Assembly: GCA_964416155.1 (NCBI GenBank)
Contig: CAYQCW010000003.1
Span: forward strand, 70,318 to 134,317
DNA: 64,000 bases
Reading direction: 5' to 3'
DNA from: an uncultured Nitrososphaerota archaeon
Lineage (GTDB): Archaea; Thermoproteota; EX4484-205; JAAOZP01
Part shown: one piece after another, positions 63,174 to 64,000 of the stretch
Position numbering within the stretch: the stretch's first letter is position 1
Layout of the letters: each line of letters starts with the position of its first letter
Made by a program: the position numbers and the translations under genes
Notes under the pieces: generated by a model
The model's database searches: none
What the model saw: only the letters and a program-made list of their open reading frames with translations
What the model was told of the DNA's origin: nothing

Positions 63174-63909
63174 GATATTTCAAGACGGTTTAATAATAGC
63201 CGTGATGAAGAGCAAATGGATTTTAAGAAGTTTTGGGGGTTTTTTAACTCTTATAGTTTTTCCAATTCTTTTAAGTTTAGTCGCTATATTTGTTCTTCGT
63301 ATTGCAAACGTAACTTATACTTTTTCAGCGGTTGTGATATTTTTTACGGCAATTTCTGCTATAACCGTAATAAGTCAAGGGATGGCTTCAGATGAGCGAT
63401 CTAGAACATTGGCGATTTTTATAACTTTGCCGATTCATCCGTTTTCCTACGCTTTGGGAATTGCGTTAAACAGTTTAATTCTTAACAGTAGTGGATTACT
63501 CATTCTAATTCCGTTTTACTACTTGCTATCTTTGTTTACTGGAGAAATCCCGATTACCAGCCTCATTTTCCTCTTCATAGTATCTTTACCCGGCTGGCTA
63601 ACTTGCCTATCTGTAGGTTTCTTAATCGGAGTTTACACGTTGGAAAAAGAATGGATTTATAATTTCACCTCAATACTCTCCATGATATTCACTTTTGCTA
63701 ATCCTCTTTTCATCCCCATGGAGAACTTTCCACCGGTTTTTCAGTATCTTATTTATTTAGTACCTACGACCCCGCTTGCTTTATTACTGAAGGCCATGAT
63801 CACCGGCTCCCCTCTTGTAAACATTCTAACAAATTTGCTAATGAGCATCACCTACGCGATGATTGCGTTCATTTTAGCTATCAGACGGATAAGATGGGGG
63901 TTGGGTTAA
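63160..63909 (+). CDS. ABC-2 type exporter permease
   Basis: About 6 TM segments, FIPMENFPPVFQYL..LVPTT. AT-rich. Confidence 0.82.
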   Translation: MRYSKIFQDGLIIAVMKSKWILRSFGGFLTLIVFPILLSLVAIFVLRIANVTYTFSAVVIFFTAISAITVISQGMASDERSRTLAIFITLPIHPFSYALGIALNSLILNSSGLLILIPFYYLLSLFTGEIPITSLIFLFIVSLPGWLTCLSVGFLIGVYTLEKEWIYNFTSILSMIFTFANPLFIPMENFPPVFQYLIYLVPTTPLALLLKAMITGSPLVNILTNLLMSITYAMIAFILAIRRIRWGLG

Positions 63910-63914
63910 GAACC

Positions 63915-64000
63915 CTTCCTGCAACAGCCTCGTCATGCGTGCACCCCCACCATTCCCCTTTAGGCCGTCATTCTTACCACTAAGAGGATGCTCACCGCTA
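63915..64000 (-). ncRNA. Possible 3' end of a structured RNA (SRP RNA?) cut by the window edge
   Basis: GC-rich non-coding tail ...GGTGGGGGTGCACG...GAGGCTGTTG reminiscent of archaeal SRP 3' ends. The diagnostic helix 8 is not in the window. Confidence 0.2.

Overview
Chromosomal segment of a TACK/Thermoproteota-type archaeon. Supporting markers: Alba, ESCRT-III/Vps4 cdv genes, aIF-1A-RIO1-KH-top6B cluster, a 16S-23S operon without spacer tRNA and an unlinked 5S. The lineage cannot be fixed without a search. Content is mostly housekeeping: translation and RNA-processing genes, enolase, AhcY, AsnRS, deoxyhypusine synthase, a complete trpEGDCFBA operon, gatCA, a HerA-NurA pair, RNase P RNA, 9 tRNAs and several decayed accessory genes. 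The main signal is a population of short bulge-helix-bulge (BHB) introns. Ten lie in 7 of the 9 tRNAs, mostly at non-canonical positions. Two lie outside tRNAs: a 17-nt insert in loop C of the 5S rRNA (32760-32776) and a frameshifting 32-nt insert with a canonical BHB in the dnaG coding region (36722-36753), whose removal restores the conserved DnaG N-terminus. All calls were made by eye and no database searches were run. Splicing is inferred from DNA only.
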